NCBI GenBank assembly: GCA_036172245.1
Contig: JAYWIR010000022.1
Location: 1,178,001-1,242,000 of the forward strand
Source of the DNA: Raillietiella orientalis
Lineage: Eukaryota
Length of the DNA stretch: 64,000 nucleotides
Reading direction: 5' to 3'
A program made the position numbers and the translations under genes. Shown here piece after piece: positions 50,950 to 62,999 of this stretch (positions are counted from its first letter, which is position 1; every line of letters starts with the position of its first letter). The notes under the pieces were generated by a model. The model saw only the letters and a program-made list of their open reading frames with translations, was not told the origin of the DNA and made no database searches.

Positions 50950-53700
50950 GCCCCCCAAAAAAAAGAAACTGAAATATGCGAACTTGGAACCCAAGAATGA
51001 GGATCCGAGAGAACAGAAAGGAGAGCATCCCTTGGATGCACGTGAAGCTCCCCATCCGAGAGGGAGTATTCCTTCCTTCTCCCTCTTCTTCTTCTAGGAT
51101 GCCGTCGCATCTGTCCACGCAGCTCGTTTTCCAAGACCAAACGCGAGGCGGGGTCTCCTGGAAGCTGTGGATTCTGAGCGACCGTGGTCCCCGGGGCCGG
51201 AGCTGTTCGACGTATGAAATCGAGGCAGCAAAGGGAAACGCGGCCTCCATGGCAACCCGAGCCTGAACGCCTAATTCGGATCCCGGACGAGCCGGGATTT
51301 TCAGGAAGTGCCTCTCTCATTTCGCTGGTTCGCGCAGGGAAGAATTTTCCAAGGAGGGACCAGACGAAATTGGGTAGATGAGTTTGGCCAAATGATTCCG
51401 GTTCTTTGAAGAGAAAAAAGGGAGTTGAGGATACAGATAAAAGAAATGACATCATTCTCTGGCCTCTCGTCACTTTCCAGGAGGATTCGCGTGATTGAGG
51501 CTGGAGAATGCTACCAGGCTCGAGGGAATTCAGCATGCTCGGTTTGCGATCTCCAGATCCTGGATGAAATGATCGCCTGCTGCCGGTTATTGCGATCCGA
51601 GATGAAAGAAGAGAAATCTGCTCGCCTCCTTACTGCTCGCCTGACTGAGAGAAAACAGCGACGGCAGCAGTGGAGGGCAGCTCGACAAGAGGAGAAGGGA
51701 AGTGTTGTCAGAGGAGTCCTAAAGGATTCTTCTGATTGCCCTCCGCAGAATGACGGTCAGAAGAGTGCGCGAGGGTCTTTCAGCTGTAGGAGTACGCTCG
51801 GAATGGTGAACTGAACCTACACCACTTAGTGTTTGGCCCACAGCTCGGGTAACGAGGCGGTTGAGAAAGCAGCAGCACCCTTGCAGGCTCAGCATCCTAC
51901 AAATACCGGTTTACTCTCGGGGAAAGCATCGCCACCCAACTACTGTTTCACCTTCCTCCCAGATTCTGTCCTAGCTCACTTCCCCTCAAAAAAATCTGCA
52001 TAGACCGGCTCCCAGAATCTCGAATTCTCCTCTGAAAGATTCTGTGCAATCTCTGCAGCATAGGAAGTGTGCCTGCTTAGGTAGGCTACCCTAGACGGAT
52101 ACGCAAGATGAAACAAGACGTGATCATTTCCTCCTAGGGTCTTCTCATGCAGCATCAACTTCCTCTTCGTTATGGAGACCAGAGGAATACTGCAACAGCT
52201 CTGCAACCTGGACCTGCTTGTTACTCTGGGTTTGAAAGTGCGAAGTTTGGATGTCCCCCTCTTAGGGAGACGTTCCTGATGCTGCTGCCGAATTTCTGTA
52301 GCGGCAGACACATCTAATTCTGATTCCCCCGAGGTCTCTTCGAACGTCCACCACCGTGTTCAGCCCTTCCGATCGCCAATGATTTCTTCGACTGGTTCTT
52401 TTGCTTGCTCCTTCATTAAATGGAAGCGCCTCCAGTGGGGAGCGTCCGGCTCGTGGCGGGGTCGCATCCAAGCAGAGAATGCATCCTAGCTCGATTCGAG
52501 AGTTCCTGAGAAGTATCACTCTGTCTCCAGCTCCTTCTCTGATCCCTTTGCAGCCACTAGCTTTGCCCGCGGCGTGTTAGAAAGGCAACCCAGGATGCTG
52601 GCTTCCGAGATACGAGAAACCTCCTGCTTCCTGTATCGGCTCCAGTTTGCAACAGGCACCTTTCCGGATGCCCTCATACATCTCAGAATCTCAGAGCTCT
52701 GCGGCAAACGAAGGGAGTAAACTCATTTTGAGACAAGGCCAAGAAAGAAGGGCTATTGTCCCGACTCTTTGCCCTCTTCGAGGAAAACGGGAAAGTCGGC
52801 AGCTACTAGTGGTCCCCCTGGAATTTTCCAACTTGGAGACTCGCTCTTCTGTGTACGAGTGAGTCATCAGTGGTAGCATCAACGCACATCGAGACAGCCT
52901 TCTTTATCATCTCCCTGTTCAGCCATCTGTTCCGTGGGGTAATTACCCGTCGAACCTGAGCCAACCTTTAGACACGTCCTGGTGTACGGACAGGTGGGTG
53001 GAAGATGCTCACTCAGATGCTCCCTGCAAATGTTTCACGGTAGTTGCATAACCAAGCTTCCGGTGAGCAACAAATTGTGTCACTTCTTTCGTATCGAAAG
53101 GCGAGGTCACTACTCCCTCTCGCCTGGACTCTCTCTCAGCGCGCACTCCCTTGACTTCGCTTGCCGGATTGCGCGATTCGCTGTACCAAATTATGACAAG
53201 CAACGAGATGCCTATAGAGGTTTGTGGCTCGCTGCGATCTCCTGGAGAAGAGCTCCTGCCACAGGAATTCCTAAATCTCCGAGAACGTAACCTTCCTGAT
53301 CCCTTCACCTGAGATTCTGATCTCATCTGGTGTTCTGTGCATCTCGGTTGCACAGTTTCAGAGATGCAGTAGAAGTTGCACCGCGAAATGTTCCGATTAG
53401 AAACCCTCCCTTCTATAGAATTGCTGGCTGAGGAGTTAAGTGGTCTCAGATGTTGCTGATGATTCGCCCGAATGCTGAAACTCTTCGGGATTTGCTCTTC
53501 GAATAATCTGAAATTTCGTCCCATCTGTGGCAACAGAAAAACAAACTCCTGGCTGCTTTCTTCGTTCTTGTAATCACATGGAGGCCAGAAGACAAATGCA
53601 TTTCATCCGAAACAAATGGGGAACGAAGAGTACTTCCAGGTATCTTTCCGGAAGCAGATCACCATTGGCTATTCGGAGTCACTGAATTGGCACCAACGTC
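50950..53700 (+). mobile_element. Decayed L1/Tx1-like LINE ORF2 (APE to zinc finger)
   Basis: RTWNPR (APE start, cf. TWNxRG), PGPACYS (cf. PGPDG), LLSRLFALFE (cf. PLSPxLF), RGLWLAAI (cf. GGLx+), AETLRDLLFE (cf. ETxxHxxF). Confidence 0.6.
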
Positions 53701-53765
53701 ATCTGGGATTGTTTCCTTTTGCATTATGTCTGAAGACTTCCCATTCCAGCTTCCTTCATTCTCTG

Positions 53766-53812
53766 AGAAACAGGTTGGTTCTCAGATCCTAACTGAGAAC
53801 CAACCTGTTTCT
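53766..53812. repeat. Perfect 20-bp inverted repeat with 7-nt loop
   Basis: agaaacaggttggttctcag-atcctaa-ctgagaaccaacctgtttct. Confidence 0.95.
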
Positions 53813-53849
53813 ATTTGATAAAATTACAAGAAATGGGAGGTTGCATAAG

Positions 53850-56790
53850 GCTTGAGTCTTATGCATTTCAACGCATTGTGAGAGGGTCCTTGGTTTCTCA
53901 CTGACCTCTTCACCTGGAACTCCGACCTCACACGGTGTTCCACGCATTTCGGTTGTGCAAATAGGACAGAGGTCTCTTCTCACATAAAGCTTCGAGATCT
54001 TGGGTTTCCTCACCTACGCGTATTTGCTGCCGGAGTGCCTTTTTGATGGCTGTCTGAGATCCCTCGAAACAAGGATAGTCACCATTACTTCTCTGAAGAG
54101 AGAATTCCTAAGGATGCACCCATTGAGGGACAGGAAAGCTCTTCCTCACGTGCTTCTTGAATGAACCAGGACGTAATTGACGTGGACGCACACCAAAGGA
54201 GCACTTTAACCCTACAAGGATGGTCTGCAGGACCTGCTCAGGAGAATGGCCACCTCTTTAAATCGGCCAGCCTCCTCGATGAAGATCTGCGGCATGTGAC
54301 CTCCAAATTGGAAGAGTGGTTGTAATTCCAGGGAATTCCCTTCTATCGCTACCTACCTCGTGAGGTGACATGGTCCGAAATGGAATGCAAAATACAAGGC
54401 ATTCTGGGTACTGTGGTGAGACGGCTCGAAACCAGTGGCTGGCATGACCGCACCAAAGTCTCCTCCTGCTCAACGCAGGCCCTCGGAAATCATCATGATC
54501 ACCGGTCTACTCATCTCCAGAGGGTGGCAGCTGATCACCTCTGGAGGCCGGTTCATTCGTCCTCGATTTTTTTATTGACTTTCTTTCACTCTCTACTCCT
54601 TCCCTAATTTTGTGCTCAGTTAGTTCGGACCCTTTCGTTTCGGACTGGAACATGGCGGGTTCTTTCTTATTGCAAATTTAATTTTTTTTTTCGAACAAAA
54701 GAAAGGCCAGACTTTCTTCAGTTCTTCTCTGGTTCCTTACTTTTAGGGAAGTGCCAATGACCCATATCCATCTATCGAGATTCCTCGAAAAGGTCGCAGA
54801 AATAATGATAATCTTATGGGATACGTTCCGAGATTGTCTCGAGAACTGTAGATGTCCTGGACGAACCGACTCGACTCTTCATAATTGCTCGTGTCTGGGA
54901 GCGTTGCTAACAGCTGGAACTGTTTACCAGTTCAACCTGGTTCTTCTGAAGTCGATTCTTCACTTTTGGAGATTTGCTTGCGTTTCCTTTGTTTCCAAAC
55001 AGAAGGAACTTCCTTGTGGTTTTGTGTTTCGTTCTCTTCAAAATTCACCCATTCTGGATGAGCGGTCCTTCAGAGGAGCATAGAACTCTCCAGTCTGTCT
55101 TGATTACTTCTCTATCCCAGTAACCAAAGTGGATACTCGAAAGCAGACTGGATCACATGAAAAATAACGACTGTTTGCAACGGTGCACTGGCCAGCTTCC
55201 TTCAACGGCAAGAATTTCCCTTTCATTACTTCTCCTTTTTTTTTCGTTCTTCTCCGCAAGGTGAGTGGAGTTCCAGGCATCGTTTTTTTCCGTGCTCCCC
55301 CGCGACCTTATAGCAATCTCAACGGTTGATCTGACCTCCAGCACTTCAGCCTGACCCTGTTCGTTGATCAACATCCGGAAGAAACACTTAACTTCGTAGG
55401 CTATCACCCTCAGGAGACTGCAGCTGTTCGTTCCCTGTTCCCTTCACGGTCCCTCTTCTTTCGGGGGCACATGATAAGGCATGTCGTCTTCTACTTGTGA
55501 CTTGGAACCTTGGATGCCGCTTTAGATTCCTGGAGATTCCGGGAGACTGTGGCGTGCTCAAACACACCATCCTCCGGGTTGCGGTTTCCTCCCCCCCCCT
55601 CCCCATCTTGTTCGTACTTCCGCAAAGCAGCAGTACCGAGACCGGGTGCTACCGGAAGAAGCATGTCGTCTGCAGGGATGAGGAGGCTCCCTGGAATATT
55701 CCAGGTACGATTGCGAGAGTCAGGGAACCGCCAGTCCTACCGTGCTCGCAGCCCGGCGGAGAGGAAGGGAACCCTCCGGCAAAGCACGCAAGACGACTTC
55801 TTCCCGACGGGAGCTGTCCAATATACTCCTGGCTCCGGAAGAGACCTGCCTGTCAGTGCCGTCTCAGCGACGCGAAGGAGCTGTCAGGGACGCGAGAGGA
55901 AAGGGAATGAGGAAAAGGAATCGGCCGCAGCGAACGACGGGGAAAAGACGTCAGAAGTGGAAGGAGGGCAGGAAGATGGGATGCAGACATTGAAGACAGC
56001 ACCACAGATCCGGGGGAGTGGTCTGCGGGTGGACTGGAGTGGATAGCGCTCCAGATAGCCGGAGGAACGGCGAGTCCACGTCGTCTCTCGGTACCCGGAC
56101 TCTCCACCTGCGAGGTTTCTTCTGATTCAGGACACTTCCAGGACCCAGGAAGGGCAAAGGTGCAGGAGGACCTCGCCAGTCTTTCCTCAGAGATCCAGGA
56201 GTGAAAGAGAGGTCGTCGGGAGCGGCGACTCCAGCGTAAGGGGGGCTGCACAGTTCCAAGGACACCAGCCGCACCAAAGGCAGCATAACAATCCGTGGTT
56301 CCCACCCCCGGGCGTTCTTAGTCGTGCCGCCGCCAGGACAGAATCGATCCCGTCGCTCCAGAAATGGCAAGGCTGGTCTCCCTCGGTTTCCTTCCCGGTT
56401 TGTCCCGACGTGGAGGAGCTTTTCAGGAAGCAGGGACAGATACCTTCACAATGTTCATGTAGATGTTCACCATCTTCGCCCTTACACGCGTTCTCGTCGA
56501 TCCGGATTGGTGTCAAGGGATCGCATGCATCCGGGATCGATTGGCGGAGGCGCGGCTCTTACTGAACAGGTATCTGTGGGAAGTGGACAACGTGGACTCC
56601 GTCCCCACCGTTCCAGGAGACCGACGAGCCCACACTTAGTTCAAAATCCAGAGGAACCGATTTTCGGATTTCACAAGAGAAGGGGTGGCTACGGGAGGGA
56701 TCTGAAAGGGCCACGTGAATGAGAGGCACGCGCCCCACGAAGTACCTTCGAGGGTTCTACTCAACACGAAGAGCGCAATGAAAGAGAGAA
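53850..56790 (-). mobile_element. Decayed L1/Tx1-like LINE ORF2 (APE to zinc finger)
   Basis: RVE*NPRR (APE start), GGNH (cf. GGDFN), ADHSP (cf. SDHxP), IDFRR (cf. DFxKA), VRPG (cf. VRQG), HRGGWPI, LCPICTTE (zinc finger). Confidence 0.6.
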
Positions 56791-57066
56791 GAAGAGAGGA
56801 GGTGGGGGAGGGAGGAAACGCCAGCGAATATAAGGGAGCACCGGCTGCTGAAGTTGGTGGGCTCCTCAAGACTTCAGATTCTTTTCGAGAACAATATACT
56901 GGTTGCTCGGAGTGCGCAACCTCACCTCGAGGAGCCAGACTGCTCTCGAAGAGTCATACAATGTTGGAGTCCTTCACTGCGCTCCTCGTGTTCAGCAGAA
57001 CCCTCGAAGATACTCCGTGAGATATGCACCTCTGATTCGCAGGGTCCTTTCCAATCCCTCCCGTAG
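56689..57066. repeat. 94-bp degenerate inverted repeat (arms 56689-56782 and 56973-57066)
   Basis: Manual ungapped comparison gives 74/94 identical, with 16 of the 20 differences being transitions. Confidence 0.9.
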
Positions 57067-58250
57067 TCGCTCTTTCTCCTTTGCAAGGCAACCCGCGACA
57101 GTTCTCAGCAGAGGTCGAAGACTCCGTGGGATGCCTCAGTACAATCCGAGGCAGGTTTTCCGAGCTTCAGGAGCACGAAGCATGCTTCTCGGATCGGCTC
57201 TCCGGAAACGAGTGGATGAGAGGATGGATCGAGAGCCTCTATGCGTGCCTCCTCCCATTTAGCTGAGGAAAGAGCCTTTGGGAGCACAGGAATGGCCTTC
57301 CCCGGGCGGATACAGAGAATGGCGGGAATGACTATGGCGCGCGCCCTCGCTCGTCTGCGGAGGTCTGGAGAAATGTAGGTTCTCCATGAGCGAGTGGCTC
57401 GCCCAGTGTTCCTATTGCCTCCCTTCGCAGCACGGAGGAGGACCTTCCACCTCCTCCAAGCGTCTCTCTCCTAAGGGGACGCGTTCGCCGCGCCGCGCCC
57501 TCCTTCTCTCTCGAGGAGCACAAGAAGTGGAGGGGATCCTCGTGCGTCCTCTCCCGGCTGAGCGGCCGCAGCACCCGGCCGTAGCTCGACAGAGGGGATG
57601 GTCCTCCTTTCGAAAAGGAGGCTCCAACGCAGCCTTCTCGCGCGCCCTCTATGGTCCAGCATCTCTCACGGGGGGAACTCGTTCCTCTCAAAAGTGAACG
57701 AGGAGTTCCTGTCGGCCAAGAATCTAGTAGGGCTCACCAGCGCAAAGTCACCGGGCTACCTAGTGGATGGGATCAGGAGGAGGATCAAACGAGGGACTAT
57801 GACCCGACGGCACGAGGAATGCCTCATGGCAAAAGGCTTCTTCTCCTCGCGGGAACTCGAGCACCCTCGGCAGACCCAAGCGTGCGTGCACGCATTCACG
57901 TGAGCGTAGGGAGATGCTGTGAGTAACCCCCCGCCCCCGCTGGCGTGTGGAGGAGAGCACGCGCGTGCGCCAGCGCTCCTCAGGCATTCCGACGACCCCT
58001 CTCGCGCACGAGAGAGGGTGGCGGGCAGCGGCAGGATTGCTCAAAAGGGAGACTACGCCTACATCGTCTGCCTCCTTTTGCTCTTCCGGCCGAGGGAGGC
58101 GCGAAAGTTTCAAGCTATGGAAGTCTCTGCAGAGAAGCTATGGAAGGAGCTATGGAAGTCTCTGCAGAGAAGCGCCATCACGAGAAGCCCCGACCCCGCC
58201 CGACTTCTTAACACAGAAGGGAGATCCGGGAAGATGACTGAATGAGCGTC
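56970..58250 (+). mobile_element. Decayed LINE ORF2 5' part (APE to start of RT)
   Basis: RVQQNPRR (APE start), SLYAC (cf. +YAP), GGNDY (cf. GGDFN), RSPDPARL (cf. KSPGPDGL). Confidence 0.5.
58113..58173. repeat. Local tandem duplication
   Basis: agctatggaagtctctgcagagaagc at 58113-58138 and 58148-58173, with a partial unit between them. Confidence 0.9.
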
Positions 58251-59299
58251 GTCGTCCGGCGTCGTCCGGGAGACGCGCGCTGCGCATGACTCCCCGCTCC
58301 GCCTCTAAGCCGACCAGCGTCCGACCACGCCGGCAGTCGGCACGGAGCGCTGAGGGCGCTGGAATCGGGAAATCTCGCCAGGACGCGGCACGTGCCTCTG
58401 CGATCCTCACATCTCGAGGGGGAAGAGGAAGGGAGGAAGAGAAAGTCAGAAAGCCACACGGATCTCCTGGGTGGCATGGGAGTCGCAGTGCTAGCGGAGA
58501 CCGTCGTCCCGGAAGGACCGTGATCCCGAGGAGGAGCTCCCAGCACCCCGACCCAGGACTGCTTGCCCCTCCCCCCCCGTCCTACCCCGACCCGTGCAGC
58601 TTTCCCACGATGAGCCGCCGCCTCCCGGCGGCAGAGCGCCACCTGCTGCTGATGCACGTCGTCGCTGCCTCCCTCGGGATCGCCAGAGGTGAGTCAGGGG
58701 GCCGCGGGAGAGGGGAGAAGCGAGGGGGAGGCTGCGTCTCGATTTGTCACGAATCTGGATGGAGATGGAAGAAGGGAGGGCGAGGGCGGGAGGCGAGGAG
58801 TGGTGGTGGTTGAGAAGAGCTGGAGACCCCGCTCCCTCGACCCACTCATGCGCCACCGAGCCCGGAGGGGGCGCGCGGAATTAGAGAAAGCGAGGCTTCC
58901 CCTGAGAAACGTGCGGCTGGACAAAGCGAGACGAAGCTGCCCGGGGGTTGGATCTCCGGGAAGCGGTCCCTTCGCTGCTGCTGCGGCGGCGGCGGGACGG
59001 CCGGACTCCGTTGCCGCCTAGCCGGGGGGAGGATGCGTGAGACGCGCCGCCGCGTCCCTCCCTCCTTCTCCCAAAGGGAGATCCGACAAGCCTCTCCTCT
59101 TTGAAAAATGGGAATTTCCTCTGCTATTAGCCGGCACTCGTCGCGCGTAAAGTGCGGGAATCCGGGAAGCGGCGAAGTTTCATTCCCGCCATTGTCCCCC
59201 GCCCTTTACCCGTGGTCGGACGCTCCGACACAGAGTAGAGAACCGCCGGGACCATCGGCATCGGGATGCGTCGCCAAGAGGATTCCTGATAAGGGGAAT

Positions 59300-62200
59300 T
59301 TCTTTTTTTTTCCTTTTTTCCTCTTGCCTCTCCCCACACCCCTCCCTCCGCCGCCGCCTCACTCCCCTTCGCTCCCTCCTCTGACTTTCGGGAAGTTTTT
59401 CTCTGGACCCTTTGGGACAAATGCGACAAGGGGGTTGTCGAAACGGAAGCGCTTGAAGGAAGGGGGAGAACGCGAGATGCGCAGCCGGTCGGTCGGGAAA
59501 GACATGGAAGACCATTGGAAAATTCCTGAAAGAGGAGAATCGGGAAGAAGAAATGCGGGCAGTCGTCTCTCATCCTCTATAGTCCTCCCTCGCCCATCCA
59601 CCCCCTTTCTTCGGATTTTTCCCGTAAGACGCGCGCGGAATCCCTCACCATCATTATTAGGAAAGCGTGCCAACCTCACAGTTCGTAGGGTAGAGGAGGA
59701 GGGATTGCCTGTGACGTCAGTGACGCCCGCTATCAGGCGAGCGATCGGGACGGACTCCTTCCCTACGTACGCGTTTGTTTGCAAGGGTCATCCGAAGGTC
59801 TCCGCTCCCCGCTCACCCCTCGACAGCCCTCTTGTTGGGCGCCCCCTTCGCGTAAGCGGACAGAGCACCCCGACACTGCGCCGCGAAAAGTAGATAAGCA
59901 AGACACGCCTCATCCCCGGACTTCCGGAAGCGGCTTGAACTTACGGAAGTTTTCTCCTCCCTTGCCACCTTGGGGGATCCGGAAGAGGCAAGTGGAAGCA
60001 GAGAGCGTTCCAGAAGGAGTTACCCCGACAACTTGCTCGAGGATGACGGGTTCGCAGGCAACGGGAGGGCGTCTCCTCCCCCTTCCTTCACCCTCCTTGC
60101 AAACGGGGGGGAAGAAAGGAAAGAGAAAGAGTAGCCCCTAGCATCCGTGAGATGAGGAGGAAAAAAATAACTCCATTCTCCTCCATCTTCAGAGCCATCG
60201 GAGGCTCCTCTCCTGCGTTTCGCTGCCCGCCCTCCACTGCATCTCAGCCCACCTCCCCCTCTCCTCCTATCCCGTCGCCGACAGGACCCGCTAGGATTGG
60301 TCTAGCTCACACCAGTCGAAAGCGCTTACGCCGCTCCCTTCCCGTCCTCCCCCTTCTCCCTTTCCCTCTCCGCTGAGCGTGCCGCTGCCGCTGGTTGACC
60401 CCGTGGTACCCAGGGGAAACCGCCGCTTTTACTTTCTCCCGGAATCTCCAGAATATGAGGATGTGCATTCCGTGCTTTCTCCAGGAAGGAGGCAGGCGAG
60501 CAGGAAGTGCGCGCCCCCACCCGGAGGGGGTTTGGCGCCATAGACCTGGTCGAATGGACTGGGCTCTCCTGCTTCGAGCGTGGTCCCGAGGGAAAAGAGC
60601 GGGCGGCAGGCCGACTGACTCACACCCGCCCATCCCCTCTCAGAGCAGGTGGGGCGGAGGCACCCTTCAACCAAGTCTCTCCGATGGGACCCTTCCAGGT
60701 ACCGCCAAACTCCGTGCCTTCTCATCCGACCGCAGCGTCCTCCTCCCGAGGAGAGAAGGCAGAAAGACCTGCCTGCCTCCAGGGCCTCCGGGGAAATCAG
60801 CCAGCCGGAAGGGATGGCTTCGTTCGCCGAGTGGCCAGGGAGCGGTCCAAAGCCTTTTTCTAGTGGGGCCTTTTGTCGATTCCCGTGCCATCGAGCCGAA
60901 ATCCCAAAGCGGCTCAGGAGCAGACGACCGGCTCCAGCAACCATTCCATCACCACCCCCTTCTTTCCACGGACCCTCAGATCAGGCGGAGGGGCAGCAGG
61001 GCAGTCAGGAGCAGCGGCCACGTGAGGAGTTTCGCCCTAGGGAAAAGGAAGAAACAAACCTGCTCCTGACGGAATGAGATAGGCAGAACGAAGAGCGAAG
61101 CTTCCGGGCCTCAGCCGTTCTGCGTCACTACCCGGAATCTGTCCAGTAGTCAGGGAGGAAAGCCGGGGACGATCCAGGAAGAACACCCCCTGCAGCTTGA
61201 GCCTCCTCTCCACCCTCATTTTGTCCGTGGAGGGAAAGTGCCTCTCCCTCTCTTCTCCTGCTTCCTGGACCGCTCCCGGAAAGTCCCTCGTTGGCTCGCC
61301 TCGTTAGATCGAGAGCCCTCCGGATGACACACACCCCGCCAGCTGCGACCGCGGGCAGGGGAAGACGGTGGGATATGGTCAGAGGGAAGAGGAGAGGAGG
61401 GAGAGGCAAGCTTCTTGTCACGGGAGGGTACTGGGAGCCCGCGAGGGACGGTGGCATCGCTTTTCCAACGTAAACACGCAGGGAGGAGGAGGATGCTCAG
61501 GTTCCAGGAAACCGGGAGGGGAAGGTAGAAGGTGGAGCCGATCCTTTCTCCCTTGGGATCTTCTACAGCTCACGAGGGAGAAAACTCGCTCCTCGCCTCC
61601 CGCCAGGCACATTTAAGGGGATCGTGAGAGTGTGAACCAGAGAAGGAAGGAGGGCTAAGAGATGAAAGAAGGGCACCGGGCAGGAGATGGGAAGAGAGGG
61701 GGGAAGGAAGGAAGGAGATGCTAACCTCGCCGATGTCCACTGCATGCGGCATGCGCAGAGGGGGAGCCGTCCTTTGCTTCCTTCGTTCCTCCTAAAGCAG
61801 GGTGGGGGAGAAGGGATGGGTTGAGTCGGTGGACCGACATTTTCGCTCTCACGGGTAGCTCTCCTCCTCTTCTTTCCTATCTCTGGCAGCCACGGACGGC
61901 GCGCATCTCAATGGGAGAGCAGGAAAACGAAGAGGAAGGGAGAGAAGAACGAGAGGGGCTCGTGCACTTCCGAAGGGAGAGGGTAAAGGACGCGCTCACT
62001 CACACCGCCGACGGCGTTGGCTTGCCCGGAAGGGGGAAGGAGGAGGAGGATTGAAGGGATCTTCCGCCCTTGCCCACTCCTCTGTTCCGGGAAAGATGAC
62101 CGGGAAGGGAGACATCTGCTGGTGAGACCCCGAAAGAAGCTGTTCCTCCGGAACTTGGGGTCCCAGCCTTGCCTCCCCTATCAGGTTGCATGGCAACGCC

Positions 62201-62950
62201 TCGGCATCTGGCCGCTCCCAGGAACTCCGCAGAGGACCCTGGTGTCGCCCCTCGGGATGAGCTCCTTCTCCCGTTTTCATTTCTTCACCTCTTCCTCCCC
62301 TTCTTCCTTTTTCCCCGGGAGCGGGTCCGCCTTCTCTCACGTCCCGGTCACTCCAGCCCTCTCTGAGCTGTCTGGATCGTCCCTTCTGTTGCTCTCTGAT
62401 ATCTACGGGAACTCCCCCTTTCCCTCTCCCGACCCAGCAGCCAGGGTGGCATGAGAGAGGGGAAAGGGGTCGAATCTTCCAATGTGGAGGTCCCCAGTGG
62501 CGATTTCTACTTCTGGACGGGGTGGTCCCTCCCAAGGGCGGACCGCCTCCTGACGCGAGTCCGACGGACGGGGAGCGTCGGCGGAGGGCAGGAAGCTGAT
62601 GAAAGGGAAGGAGGCGAGGGGAGAGAAGGAGCAGGGAGAGCGCAGAGTCCTTCTTCCAGCCGCCAGGCCTCAAGGAAGGGAAGGGAGGGAACAAAAGGGC
62701 GCACGTCGCCAGCTAATGCATGTGTCCTCTGCGGCCACTTCCTCCCCCATACGCCTTCACTTCCGGTCCGCATCCTCTCCTGAACTGGCTTCCTCGGAAA
62801 CGGGAAATGGAGAAAAGGGTATGCGCACGCTGCTCCGCGTGAAGCAGACGCATCAACAGAGGCGACGGCAGCAAGACAAAGCGCTCCGACAAGGACATCG
62901 CCTCCTCCCGCGGGGGGTCCCACAGGCAGGCGCCGCCGCCGGCGTCAGAT
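59300..62950 (+). mobile_element. Near full-length decayed L1/Tx1-like LINE (ORF1 remnant plus ORF2)
   Basis: AFVCKGHPKV (ORF1, cf. YxGQPxxC), GRMDWALL...PTDSHPPI (APE RxD and SDHxP), LPGPLP (cf. PGPDG), GMRRGGA (cf. GxRQG), QVAWQRL, ACVLCGH (zinc finger). Confidence 0.65.
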
Positions 62951-62999
62951 GCGTGCGCGTCTTTCCGCCACGCAGGATGCAGCCTGGAATTCAGCTGGA

